Assembly: GCA_045605805.1 (NCBI GenBank)
Contig: JAZUQR010000010.1
Span: 70,815 to 134,814, forward strand
Origin: Alphaproteobacteria bacterium
GTDB lineage: Bacteria > Pseudomonadota > Alphaproteobacteria > CAAHEQ01 > UBA3637
Direction: 5' to 3'
DNA: 64,000 nt
The notes under the pieces are model-generated. The model was given only the letters and a program-made list of their open reading frames with translations, searched no databases and had not been told where the DNA came from. This document shows, piece after piece, positions 17,753 to 26,010 of the stretch (position 1 is its first letter; each line of letters begins with the position of its first letter). The translations under genes were made by a program, and so were the position numbers.

Positions 17753-20700
17753 TTAAGGGTCTCTGTTTTCACCGGAGTAGTCACCTGTTTTAACTGTGTT
17801 ATTTGCGTCACAGTTTGTTGTGTGCTCTAGACTGTTACTGTTTCCACACAGCTTTCCAGGAGTTGTACAACCGTATTCTCTCCATTTTCTGTCGTGACTT
17901 TTCGGCGGGCATATGCTGGTTGGAGCAACCTCCCCCTTCTCAATACATGTTCCATCACCTTGTGCCATATCTGTGCACCCACACTGCGTTCTTACAGCAC
18001 AATTCGCACAGCTTCCATTGTGGCAGTGTTTACCAGGGCCACAATGGTCATGCAAGGTGCATTGCACACATTGTTGCTTGTTGGTGTCCCACTTTGACGT
18101 GTTCGTTGGACAGGCTATACACTCACCATTCTTCCATATTGGCGTGTTCGTTGGGCAGGGCTCACATGTTTTGTTTGTGGCGTTCCAAACTGGGTTTGTT
18201 GGATCTGCTGCGGCACAGGTCGCGCAGGCAGAACCATCCCAAGCTGGTTTGTTTTGATATACTGAAACACAAGGCACGCATGTTTTACTTGTGGCGTTCC
18301 AAACTGGTCTTGTTGAATCTGCTACGGCACATGACACACATTCTTTCTTTGTGTCGTTCCAAACTGGTGTGTTCTCATTTGCTGCGGCACAGGTCACGCA
18401 TGTTTTTCTTGTGGCGTCCCAAACTGGTGTGTCTGAATTGTTATCGGCACAGGTCACACAGGCGTTTCCGTCCCAAAACGGTTCCTCTGATGGGCATTCT
18501 GAACAAGAGTTGTTTTCACATTTTGGTGCGGCGCCAGGGCAATGGCTGTGTTCTGTACATTGTACACATGTGTTATTATTTGTGTTGTCAGCGTCCACTT
18601 TACAAACTCTTTTGTCAATGACCTCCCCACTTGACCTTTTGTTTTGCCGTGGGTTATAGCTTGAATGATCTACGGTGCTACCACACCCCAAATCTGTCCA
18701 ATTGGAGGAAATGGAATCATAACATTTCACACATTTTTCATTATATAGATCCCAAACTGGGGTCTCCGCTGGGCAGGCCTCACATGTAGTTCCGTTCCAA
18801 ACAGGCGTTTTTTCGTTATATCTGAAACACGAAACACAACGATTGCGCCACGCATCCCAGACGGGCGTTTTGCTATCCTTTGATGGATCTTCGGGATCCT
18901 TTGTTTTATCACATTGACAGGTTTTGTCGCCTTCATTTGGTACCATTGTGGTGTTGCACCCAGCCACACACAAACCATTTTCCAAATCACACCATTCGCC
19001 CGGGCAATCTCCTCCTTTTGTACACGCCACACATTTATTCCCCGCACATAATCCTTTTTTACAATCCTCATTTTCCAAACATTCCACACAGGCGGTTCCG
19101 TTCCAAAATGGTGTGGCTGAATTGTTGGCGGCACAGGTCACGCACTCAAAACCATTCCAAGCTGGGGTGTTCTCTGGGCAGGCCTCACAGGTAGTTCCAT
19201 TCCAGTGTTCGCCCTCTGGGCAGGCCTCACAGGTAGTTCCATTCCAAACTGGTGTGTCTGAATTGTTGACGGCACAGGTCACGCACTCAGAACCATTCCA
19301 CTTTGGCGTGGCCTCTGGGCAGACCTCACAGGTAGTTCCATTCCAAACTGGTGTGACCTCATCTACGTCGGCACAGGTCACGCAGGAAAAACTATTCCAT
19401 ATTGGCCTGTTCGTTGGGCAGGCCTCACATTCTTCTGATGTGGTTGCGCCGGTGCCAGCGGTGGTTTGATTATCACCACAGAATATACAACCTTCATTAC
19501 CTGCCGAGATTTTATATGTACCCTTGTCACATGGGGTGCAAGTGCCGTCGTCTTTTAATGTATAGCCGGCCTTACACTGGCATTGATCGCCGCTCCATTC
19601 ACTATTTGTTGGGCAGGCCTCACATGCTTCACTTGTGCTATTCCACTTTGGCGTGTCCTCTGGGCAGGCCTCACATTCTGTGCCACTCCAAACTGGTTTT
19701 TTTTGATCTGCTACGGCACAGGTCACGCATTGTCCCTTTTCTTCTATGACCTTCCAAACTGGTGTGTTCTCATTTGCTGCGGCGCAGGTCACGCATGTGT
19801 GATAAACTTTATCGCATACTGGTGTATCCTCAGAGCAAGACCATTCGCTTTCGGCACCAAAATCTCCATAACATTCCTGACAGGCCGTTCCATGTTTATT
19901 TTCATCTTCGCAGCCGCAGGTGTAGTCGGTCTTACAGATTTGATTGCCTTCGCAATTATCCTTTTCTGTACATTGCACGCAGGCCTCTCCGTTCCAATAT
20001 GGCGTGGCCTCATCTACGTCGGCACAGGTCACGCAGTCGTTTCCGTCCCAAAACGTATCAGCTTGGCAGGCCTCACATTCTGTGTCATTCCACTTTGGCT
20101 TGTCCTCTGGGCAGGCCTCACAGGTAGTTCCATTCCAGTGTTCGCCCTCTGGGCAGACGCAGGTGTTGCTTTCACATACTTTCCCCCCTGAACAATCAGC
20201 AGTTTGCACACACTCCTCACATTGATTTGTTGTATCATTCCAGTGTTCGTTCTCTGGGCAGGTACAGCTACATACATTGTCATTCCATGACCGTCCTCCC
20301 TCCCCACATGACGCTTGTTTTTGATAACATGTGCCGTCATACCAGCAACCGTTTTGGGTGGTACAAGCCGTTTTCTCTGTACAGGGAGATGTTGTGCTTC
20401 CCGGTACACAGGGGCAGGTGTCCTTTGGCATACACACACCAGCCTCACACCACTCCATCCCCTGTGTCTTTGTACATTTGTCTGCATCGCAGTGTAGCTT
20501 TCTTAGGTCTGTATCAGCTATTGCACAACCACACAGAGTGTAGTTTTGGGTACTAGTCTCCATTGCCGTTAAAACTTTACCCTCGTCATCACAACAGACA
20601 TTCTCATATCCTTTTGAACCATCTGGGCAACCACAGGCATCTGAATCATCACATATTTCAATTCCGCCTAACACTGTATAACAGTTCTGTCCATTTTTAC

Positions 20701-21109
20701 AACAAAGATTTTCTTTTGACACGTTGTCCCATGGTAATCTATATCCCTCTGGGCAACCACAGGTTGGCATAAAATAAGAACTATAATCCTTTCCGTCATA
20801 TATTTTCTTATCCTTACAGCAGACATACTGATTACCATGTGGCGTTAGGGTTCCGCCGTCCGGACAGGTGCATTCTGCTTCCTGAACTGTACCATCCGCA
20901 TTAACTGTACATTGATTCTCTTCGGCTGTGGTCAAGCCGCCTTGTTGGACAAAGACTTCGTCTATGGTGGGGGTGGAAACAGAACTTGTGGCCAAATCAA
21001 CCACCTGCATGTTTTCATTCAATCGGATTTGGATTGAACCAACATCTGCCCATATTTTATGGGAACACAAAAACGAAAGACAAAAAAGCAACAAATATTT
21101 CTTTTTCAT
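17753..21109 (-). CDS. Secreted, extremely cysteine-rich tandem-repeat protein (CXXC / TPxWNxT modules). Eukaryotic-like (VSP- or furin-like). Hypothetical surface or effector protein.
   Basis: Signal peptide MKKKYLLLFCLSFLCSHKIWA (the track ORF starts at an upstream TTG; ATG is at 21107-21109). More than 25 tandem ~17-aa modules such as C(V/E)(T/A)C-x(4-7)-TP(V/I/K)WNGT-x-C. Visibly higher G+C than flanking genes. Multiple overlapping out-of-frame ORFs, as expected for repeat DNA. Confidence 0.75.
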   Translation of the reverse strand: MKKKYLLLFCLSFLCSHKIWADVGSIQIRLNENMQVVDLATSSVSTPTIDEVFVQQGGLTTAEENQCTVNADGTVQEAECTCPDGGTLTPHGNQYVCCKDKKIYDGKDYSSYFMPTCGCPEGYRLPWDNVSKENLCCKNGQNCYTVLGGIEICDDSDACGCPDGSKGYENVCCDDEGKVLTAMETSTQNYTLCGCAIADTDLRKLHCDADKCTKTQGMEWCEAGVCMPKDTCPCVPGSTTSPCTEKTACTTQNGCWYDGTCYQKQASCGEGGRSWNDNVCSCTCPENEHWNDTTNQCEECVQTADCSGGKVCESNTCVCPEGEHWNGTTCEACPEDKPKWNDTECEACQADTFWDGNDCVTCADVDEATPYWNGEACVQCTEKDNCEGNQICKTDYTCGCEDENKHGTACQECYGDFGAESEWSCSEDTPVCDKVYHTCVTCAAANENTPVWKVIEEKGQCVTCAVADQKKPVWSGTECEACPEDTPKWNSTSEACEACPTNSEWSGDQCQCKAGYTLKDDGTCTPCDKGTYKISAGNEGCIFCGDNQTTAGTGATTSEECEACPTNRPIWNSFSCVTCADVDEVTPVWNGTTCEVCPEATPKWNGSECVTCAVNNSDTPVWNGTTCEACPEGEHWNGTTCEACPENTPAWNGFECVTCAANNSATPFWNGTACVECLENEDCKKGLCAGNKCVACTKGGDCPGEWCDLENGLCVAGCNTTMVPNEGDKTCQCDKTKDPEDPSKDSKTPVWDAWRNRCVSCFRYNEKTPVWNGTTCEACPAETPVWDLYNEKCVKCYDSISSNWTDLGCGSTVDHSSYNPRQNKRSSGEVIDKRVCKVDADNTNNNTCVQCTEHSHCPGAAPKCENNSCSECPSEEPFWDGNACVTCADNNSDTPVWDATRKTCVTCAAANENTPVWNDTKKECVSCAVADSTRPVWNATSKTCVPCVSVYQNKPAWDGSACATCAAADPTNPVWNATNKTCEPCPTNTPIWKNGECIACPTNTSKWDTNKQQCVQCTLHDHCGPGKHCHNGSCANCAVRTQCGCTDMAQGDGTCIEKGEVAPTSICPPKSHDRKWREYGCTTPGKLCGNSNSLEHTTNCDANNTVKTGDYSGENRDP
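19173..20156. repeat. Internal DNA repeats in the Cys-rich gene. A ~51-bp exact direct repeat (19173-19223 and 20106-20156) plus a local tandem copy (19216-19247) and many degenerate copies of tctgggcaggcctcaca…
   Basis: Read directly: tctgggcaggcctcacaggtagttccattccagtgttcgccctctgggcag occurs at both positions. Confidence 0.8.
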
Positions 21110-21128
21110 TTCCAAATCCTTTGAATCT

Positions 21129-21158
21129 ATTTTACCGCACTTCTTTGATAAAAATCAA
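21129..21158 (-). promoter_or_regulatory. Putative promoter TTGATT-18-TAAAAT for the Cys-rich gene
   Basis: Minus-strand ttgatt (plus-strand 21153-21158) and taaaat (plus-strand 21129-21134). RBS aaggat lies before the ATG at 21109. Confidence 0.3.
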
Positions 21159-21167
21159 CAAAAAAGT

Positions 21168-22296
21168 TTATCCCCCACACAAAGCCAACAAAATGCCGGC
21201 TGCTATGGCAGAACCGATGCTGCCCGCCACATTTGCCCCCATGGCGTGCATCAGCAGGTGATTATTCGGGTTGGATTCTTGCCCCAACTTTTCGCTGACT
21301 CGGGCAGCCATTGGGATAGCACTGACACCTGCCGATCCGATCAACGGGTTGATTTTATTCTTGGAAAACAGATTCAAAAATCTGGCCATTAAAACACCAC
21401 TTGCCGAACCAAGGCTGAATGCCACAACACCCAAGCCCAACACCACCAATGTTTCTTTTTTCAAAAACAGGTCGGCCGACAGTTTTGACCCAACGGAAAT
21501 CCCAAGCAAAATTGTGACGATATTCATCATTTCGTTGCTTGCCCCTTTGGCCAATCTGTCTGCCACGCCCGATTCTTTTAGCAAGTTCCCAAACATCAAC
21601 ATTCCAATCAACGGAATGGCCATTGGGATAAACAAGGCTGTTAGGACAATCACCATAATCGGAAAAATGATTTTTTCCTTTTGGCTGACTTCTCGCATTT
21701 GTTGCATCACGATTGTGCGTTGATTTTTGGGTGTGCACAAACGCATAATCGGTGGTTGAATCACAGGTACAAGTGCCATATATGAATAGGCCGCCACAGC
21801 GATTGCTCCCAACATTTCGGGGGCCAATTTACCCGCCAAAAAGATTGAGGTTGGGCCGTCTGCCCCACCGATGATGGCAATGCTGGCCGCCTGTTTCAAG
21901 GTTAAAGCAATTTCGGGAAACAGAGAACTTAAACTCAATGCCCCCAAAAATGTGCCAAAAATAGCAAACTGCGCTGCGCCCCCTAACAAAGCTGTTTTCG
22001 GGTTTGCCAGCATGGGGCCAAAGTCTATCATTGCGCCAACGCCCATAAATATCAACAGCGGGAAAATGCCTGTTTCTATGCCGGCATGATACATATAATA
22101 CAACAAACCACCTTCTTCGGTCATCCCTGCCCCTGGGCAATTGGACAACAATCCCCCAACAGCAATTGGTATCAACAAAAGCGGTTCAAATTGTTTTTTT
22201 ATCCCCAGATACAACAGCACAAAGCATATCAACATCATAATGCCTTGCCCCAGTGTCATGTGCACCAAACCCAAACTGTTTATGATTGCTTCCATC
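21168..22296 (-). CDS. oadB: Oxaloacetate decarboxylase (Na+-pumping) beta subunit, the membrane carboxybiotin decarboxylase
   Basis: Polytopic membrane protein of the OadB/GcdB/MmdB family (…[13 protein letters not shown]…, …[15 protein letters not shown]…). The start at MEAIINSLG abuts the oadA stop. Confidence 0.8.
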
Positions 22297-24078
22297 TTAC
22301 ACCTCCACGACTTTATCGCCCGTTTTGATGTTATCGCCTTTTTTAACAAACAGGTGTTTTACTGTACCATCTGTGGCGGCTTTGATAGGCGTTTCCATTT
22401 TCATCACTTCCACAACCACCAAAGTATCACCCGCTTTTACCGCTTGACCTTCGCTTACCAACACTTGCGTCACCATCCCAGGCATGGGGGCCGTTATGAT
22501 GCCACCCACCCCTGATGCTTGGGCGGGTTGTTCGGCCGTTGGTGTGGCAACTTTTTCTTCACCAATGGTATATTCTTTACCATTCACAATGGCCTTATTC
22601 CCATCCAATTTCACTTCAAACTTTTCACCATTGATGATGATGTTGTCCGTATTTGTTTTTGGGGTTTGCTTTTCTTCGTTCAAGCGCACAGATACTTTGC
22701 CTTTGCCCAACAGGAAATCAATTCCCTTTTGCCCGCAGGCGGCCGCAATAAAGATATTTTCATCCGTTGTCGGCAAGTTCGCTTCTTTTAACTCTGCCAC
22801 ATAATGTGCTTTGGCCTTTTGTGGGTTTTTATCGTTTAAGGCCAACACTGTTTGTGTTGTGGGTTTTAATCCCAATTGTTCCGAAGCCAGCTTCACAATG
22901 CGTGCATCCGGTGAAACAGGCGTTTTTCCAAAATAACCCAGTACCATTTTGCCATAGCCTTCTGCCATTTTTTTCCATTTGCCATACAGCACATTATTAA
23001 ATGCCTGTTGGAAATAGAATTGGCTGACCGGCGTCACAGAAGTGCCAAAGCCCCCCTTTTGGACAACCTCCTCCATCGCATTGATGATATCGTTATATTT
23101 ATCCATAATCCCATTATCACGCAACATTTGTGTGTTGGCTGTTAAAGCCCCACCCGGCATGGGTGAAAAGGGAATGCGTGGATCGGCATGTAAGGCTTCC
23201 GGCGGCAGATAGTATTTACTTAAAGCCTCTTTCAAATGTTCTTCCACCTGCATCACTTTATCTATATCACAATTCAGTTCGTACGGTTTGCCACGCAAGG
23301 CGTGCCACATGGTGGCGACATCCGGTTGGCACGTGCCACCCGATACAGGTGCCAATGATAAGTCAACTGTATCAGCCCCTGCTTCAATGGCAGCCAGATA
23401 ACAGGCCAAACCTGTGCCAGCTGTTTCGTGTGAGTGATATGTGATTGGGCATTTTGGCCCCAAAATCTTGCGAGCTGCTTTGATTGTTTCATAAACAGTT
23501 TGCGGTGTGCCTGTACCACTTGCATCCTTAAACGCCACCGAATCAAACGGTATTTTTGCTTTGATAAAGGCTTTCAGGCGATTGGCATAAAATTCGGCCG
23601 TATGCGCCCCAGATAACGCCGGTGGCAGACTCATCATTGCAACAGCCAGTTGATGTTTTAAGCCAGCTTTTTTAATACATTCGGCACTGTATTTCAAATT
23701 ATTTGGATCATTTAATGCATCAAAATTACGAATTGTTGTCATCCCATGTTTTTTGAACAGTTCGGCATGCATTTTAATCAGTTCGGAACTCATAGAATCC
23801 AACGCCACCACATTGACACCCCGTGCCAATGTTTGAAGGTTGGCTTTTGGGCCGGCCGCTTTTCTGAAATTATCCATGATATCAAAAGCATTTTCGTTCA
23901 AATAGAAAAAAGCCGATTGAAAGGCTGCCCCACCCCCTGCTTCCAAATAAGTCAAACCGGCCTTAGCGGCTTCCGATACCACAGGCAGATAGTCTTTACT
24001 TTGCACACGCATCCCAAACACAGATTGAAAACCGTCCCGAAAAGCCGTACACATAACATTTATTTTTTTTGGTTTCAT
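22297..24078 (-). CDS. oadA: Oxaloacetate decarboxylase alpha subunit (carboxyltransferase plus biotin carboxyl-carrier domain)
   Basis: N-terminal pyruvate-carboxyltransferase/HMGL-like fold ([11 protein letters not shown]…). C-terminal biotinyl domain with EVMKMETPI (the biotin-attachment AMKM-type motif). Confidence 0.85.
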   Translation of the reverse strand: MKPKKINVMCTAFRDGFQSVFGMRVQSKDYLPVVSEAAKAGLTYLEAGGGAAFQSAFFYLNENAFDIMDNFRKAAGPKANLQTLARGVNVVALDSMSSELIKMHAELFKKHGMTTIRNFDALNDPNNLKYSAECIKKAGLKHQLAVAMMSLPPALSGAHTAEFYANRLKAFIKAKIPFDSVAFKDASGTGTPQTVYETIKAARKILGPKCPITYHSHETAGTGLACYLAAIEAGADTVDLSLAPVSGGTCQPDVATMWHALRGKPYELNCDIDKVMQVEEHLKEALSKYYLPPEALHADPRIPFSPMPGGALTANTQMLRDNGIMDKYNDIINAMEEVVQKGGFGTSVTPVSQFYFQQAFNNVLYGKWKKMAEGYGKMVLGYFGKTPVSPDARIVKLASEQLGLKPTTQTVLALNDKNPQKAKAHYVAELKEANLPTTDENIFIAAACGQKGIDFLLGKGKVSVRLNEEKQTPKTNTDNIIINGEKFEVKLDGNKAIVNGKEYTIGEEKVATPTAEQPAQASGVGGIITAPMPGMVTQVLVSEGQAVKAGDTLVVVEVMKMETPIKAATDGTVKHLFVKKGDNIKTGDKVVEV

Positions 24079-24236
24079 TTTCCTCTCCTTGCCAAAGAAA
24101 TTGCCAATGCGATTTTATTCAAATCTTCTTTTTCTTGTACACAACAGGTTAACACTTTCATTGCCCCAATCAACAGCAATAAAAACGCAAAAACACCGCC
24201 CATGCCGGTCACCGTAATAAACAAAACTTGTGTCAT
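24075..24236 (-). CDS. oadG: Oxaloacetate decarboxylase gamma subunit (small membrane anchor). Not in the ORF track; read by hand.
   Basis: 53-aa [56 protein letters not shown]. Single TM helix. Its TGA overlaps the oadA ATG (ATGA), giving translational coupling. Confidence 0.55.
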   Translation of the reverse strand: MTQVLFITVTGMGGVFAFLLLLIGAMKVLTCCVQEKEDLNKIALAISLARRGK

Positions 24237-24306
24237 AAAATCCTCCCTTTTATGCGTTTATTTTAAGACATCCTTTTCCAAAAGTCAACGCCAAATAGAG
24301 ACTGAT

Positions 24307-24335
24307 TTGACAATTTTTAAGTTTTATGGTATAAT
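24307..24335 (+). promoter_or_regulatory. Consensus sigma-70 promoter TTGACA-17-TATAAT plus a strong AGGAGG RBS for the 24366 gene
   Basis: ttgaca at 24307-24312 and tataat at 24330-24335 with a 17-nt spacer. aggagg at 24354-24359. ATG at 24366. Confidence 0.5.
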
Positions 24336-24365
24336 TTTATTGTTCCCATTTCACAGGAGGTTTTT

Positions 24366-25886
24366 ATGAACAAAAAAGAAACTGTTTTTCACATCGAAAC
24401 AAAAAACGCAATCAATACTTTACAACCACATCCTAAAACCGCATATCTAACAGAGCTGGCTGAGGAGAAAAAACGTTCCTTCCAACGCAAAGGTTTGTTG
24501 GCTATTGCCACTTCTGCTGTTTTAGGTTTGACGGCTTTCTTTTCTTTTGGTAAAAAAGGAAATGATACGACCCGACCTGATACACCTGCTTCTTCAAAAA
24601 TACAAAAAACAGAAAAAGCCAAACGACCAGCAACACCATTGTATGAAACATTGGCTGCTACACAAACAAATGTGTTGGACAATGCTGCGACCGTGTTGCC
24701 CCCTGATCCTTTTAACTATTATACAAATCAATTTTCCAAAGTTTTGTCAAAGGATGTTTCTCTTGATACGATTCAAACATATGCTTCGGCTATGACAAAT
24801 TTGCCCCCTAATCCTTTTAACTATTATACAAATCAATTTTCCAAAGTTTTGTCAAAGGATGTTTCTCTTGATACGATTCAAGCATATGCTTCGGCTATGA
24901 CAAATTTGACAACCAACCCTAAAACACAACGGGTTGCGCTGGTTTCTTCCGAAACATTATTGAAAAAAATGGTTGCCTTGTTTGAGACTATGCCCACACA
25001 TCAATTGACAGATTTGGCTGAGGGTAAATTAGACACCGGATATTTTTCTTATGACAGAATCACACAAGCTGTGGTTAAGAATCCAGAAAATACACGGGAT
25101 ATCATCCAACGCACTGTTGAAGTGACACAGGCTTATGCTTTACATCGCCAATGCCAATCCCACATTGAAGCAAACGAAGGAAACTGTTTATATCTTTATT
25201 GGGACAATGCCACAAAGGATGAAAAACCCAATCCTCAACCCACAGTGGGCATTGGGCTTAACATCAATGCCAACCCTTCTTTAAGAAATCTTCGTTATAA
25301 AAACAGCCCAAAAGTTCAACAGATTTTAGGCACAAATGCTCAAGATGAATATATTACTTTATCCTCCGCTCAGATGCGCCGGTTAACGCAATATGTTAAA
25401 AATAATCTCTTTGACAAAGATGCTTCCATCTATCAGAAAGAATTAGGTTTGAATATTCATCCTGAGGATGTGGCAAAGCTGGATGCCTTATTCAAGCAAA
25501 AACTTGCCCAGTCTATTCAAAATGCCGAAACTTTTTTACAGACAAAAAAACCAAGTGCTTCCTCTGTTATGTTTGGGACTTATCACACCCCTGTGCCATT
25601 AGAGTTTGCCAGTGTTGCTGTTGATTTGGATTTTAATTTAGGAACAACAAAGTTCCAAGAATATAACAACTTTGCAACTGCCTATGCCAACAGACAGTGG
25701 ACTGTAGCCAAACAAGAATGTTCCACAAAACAAGAACGCAAGCAACGCGCATTACATCAGTCTGATGCCTCAAAAAGCGATTCTAAACGTCTTATGTGGA
25801 AGGAAGCGACTTTTGATAAAGGCATACAGGCAGTAACCAAGCAAAATGCTGAAAGAGTTTATTCAGATAAGAACGCTGTTCGCTGA
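24366..25886 (+). CDS. Membrane-anchored hypothetical protein with a phage/T4-type lysozyme (GH24)-like catalytic motif and an internal 35-aa tandem duplication
   Basis: TM helix LLAIATSAVLGLTAFFSF at ~aa 44-61. Motif IEANEGNCLYLYWDNATKDE…TVGIGLNIN parallels T4 lysozyme E11-x8-D20…T26 ([23 protein letters not shown]). Confidence 0.45.
   Translation: MNKKETVFHIETKNAINTLQPHPKTAYLTELAEEKKRSFQRKGLLAIATSAVLGLTAFFSFGKKGNDTTRPDTPASSKIQKTEKAKRPATPLYETLAATQTNVLDNAATVLPPDPFNYYTNQFSKVLSKDVSLDTIQTYASAMTNLPPNPFNYYTNQFSKVLSKDVSLDTIQAYASAMTNLTTNPKTQRVALVSSETLLKKMVALFETMPTHQLTDLAEGKLDTGYFSYDRITQAVVKNPENTRDIIQRTVEVTQAYALHRQCQSHIEANEGNCLYLYWDNATKDEKPNPQPTVGIGLNINANPSLRNLRYKNSPKVQQILGTNAQDEYITLSSAQMRRLTQYVKNNLFDKDASIYQKELGLNIHPEDVAKLDALFKQKLAQSIQNAETFLQTKKPSASSVMFGTYHTPVPLEFASVAVDLDFNLGTTKFQEYNNFATAYANRQWTVAKQECSTKQERKQRALHQSDASKSDSKRLMWKEATFDKGIQAVTKQNAERVYSDKNAVR
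24699..24908 (+). repeat. Perfect in-frame tandem duplication of 2 x 105 bp (35 aa) with 2 mismatches
   Basis: Copy 1 at 24699-24803 and copy 2 at 24804-24908 (PPDPFNYYTNQFSKVLSKDVSLDTIQTYASAMTNL / PPNPFNYY…QAYASAMTNL). Confidence 0.9.
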
Positions 25887-25898
25887 TTCTTTTTGGCT

Positions 25899-25938
25899 TT
25901 TGAAAATCCCTCTTTTTTAAGGGGGATTTTTTCTTTTT
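25899..25938 (+). terminator. Rho-independent terminator after the lysozyme-like gene
   Basis: aaaatccctc-tttttta-agggggatttt followed by a T-run. Confidence 0.5.
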
Positions 25939-26010
25939 TTTATGCTTGCTTTTTCTTTTTTTTTATTTTATATTTTTTGTATCATTTATCTTAAAGAAGG
26001 GGGAAATCTT

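Noticed and set aside
17803-20772. Many 60-270-aa plus-strand ORFs inside the Cys-rich gene region (for example 17803-18621 and 18924-19469).
   Set aside because: They are out-of-frame or antisense artefacts of the repetitive, GC-richer DNA. They are His/Arg/Leu-rich with no start context and all lie fully inside the 1118-aa minus-strand gene.
25942-26010. N-terminal 23-codon extension of the pckG ORF ([23 protein letters not shown]).
   Set aside because: PEPCK homology begins at [11 protein letters not shown]. The extension is hydrophobic AT-rich read-through of the promoter region.
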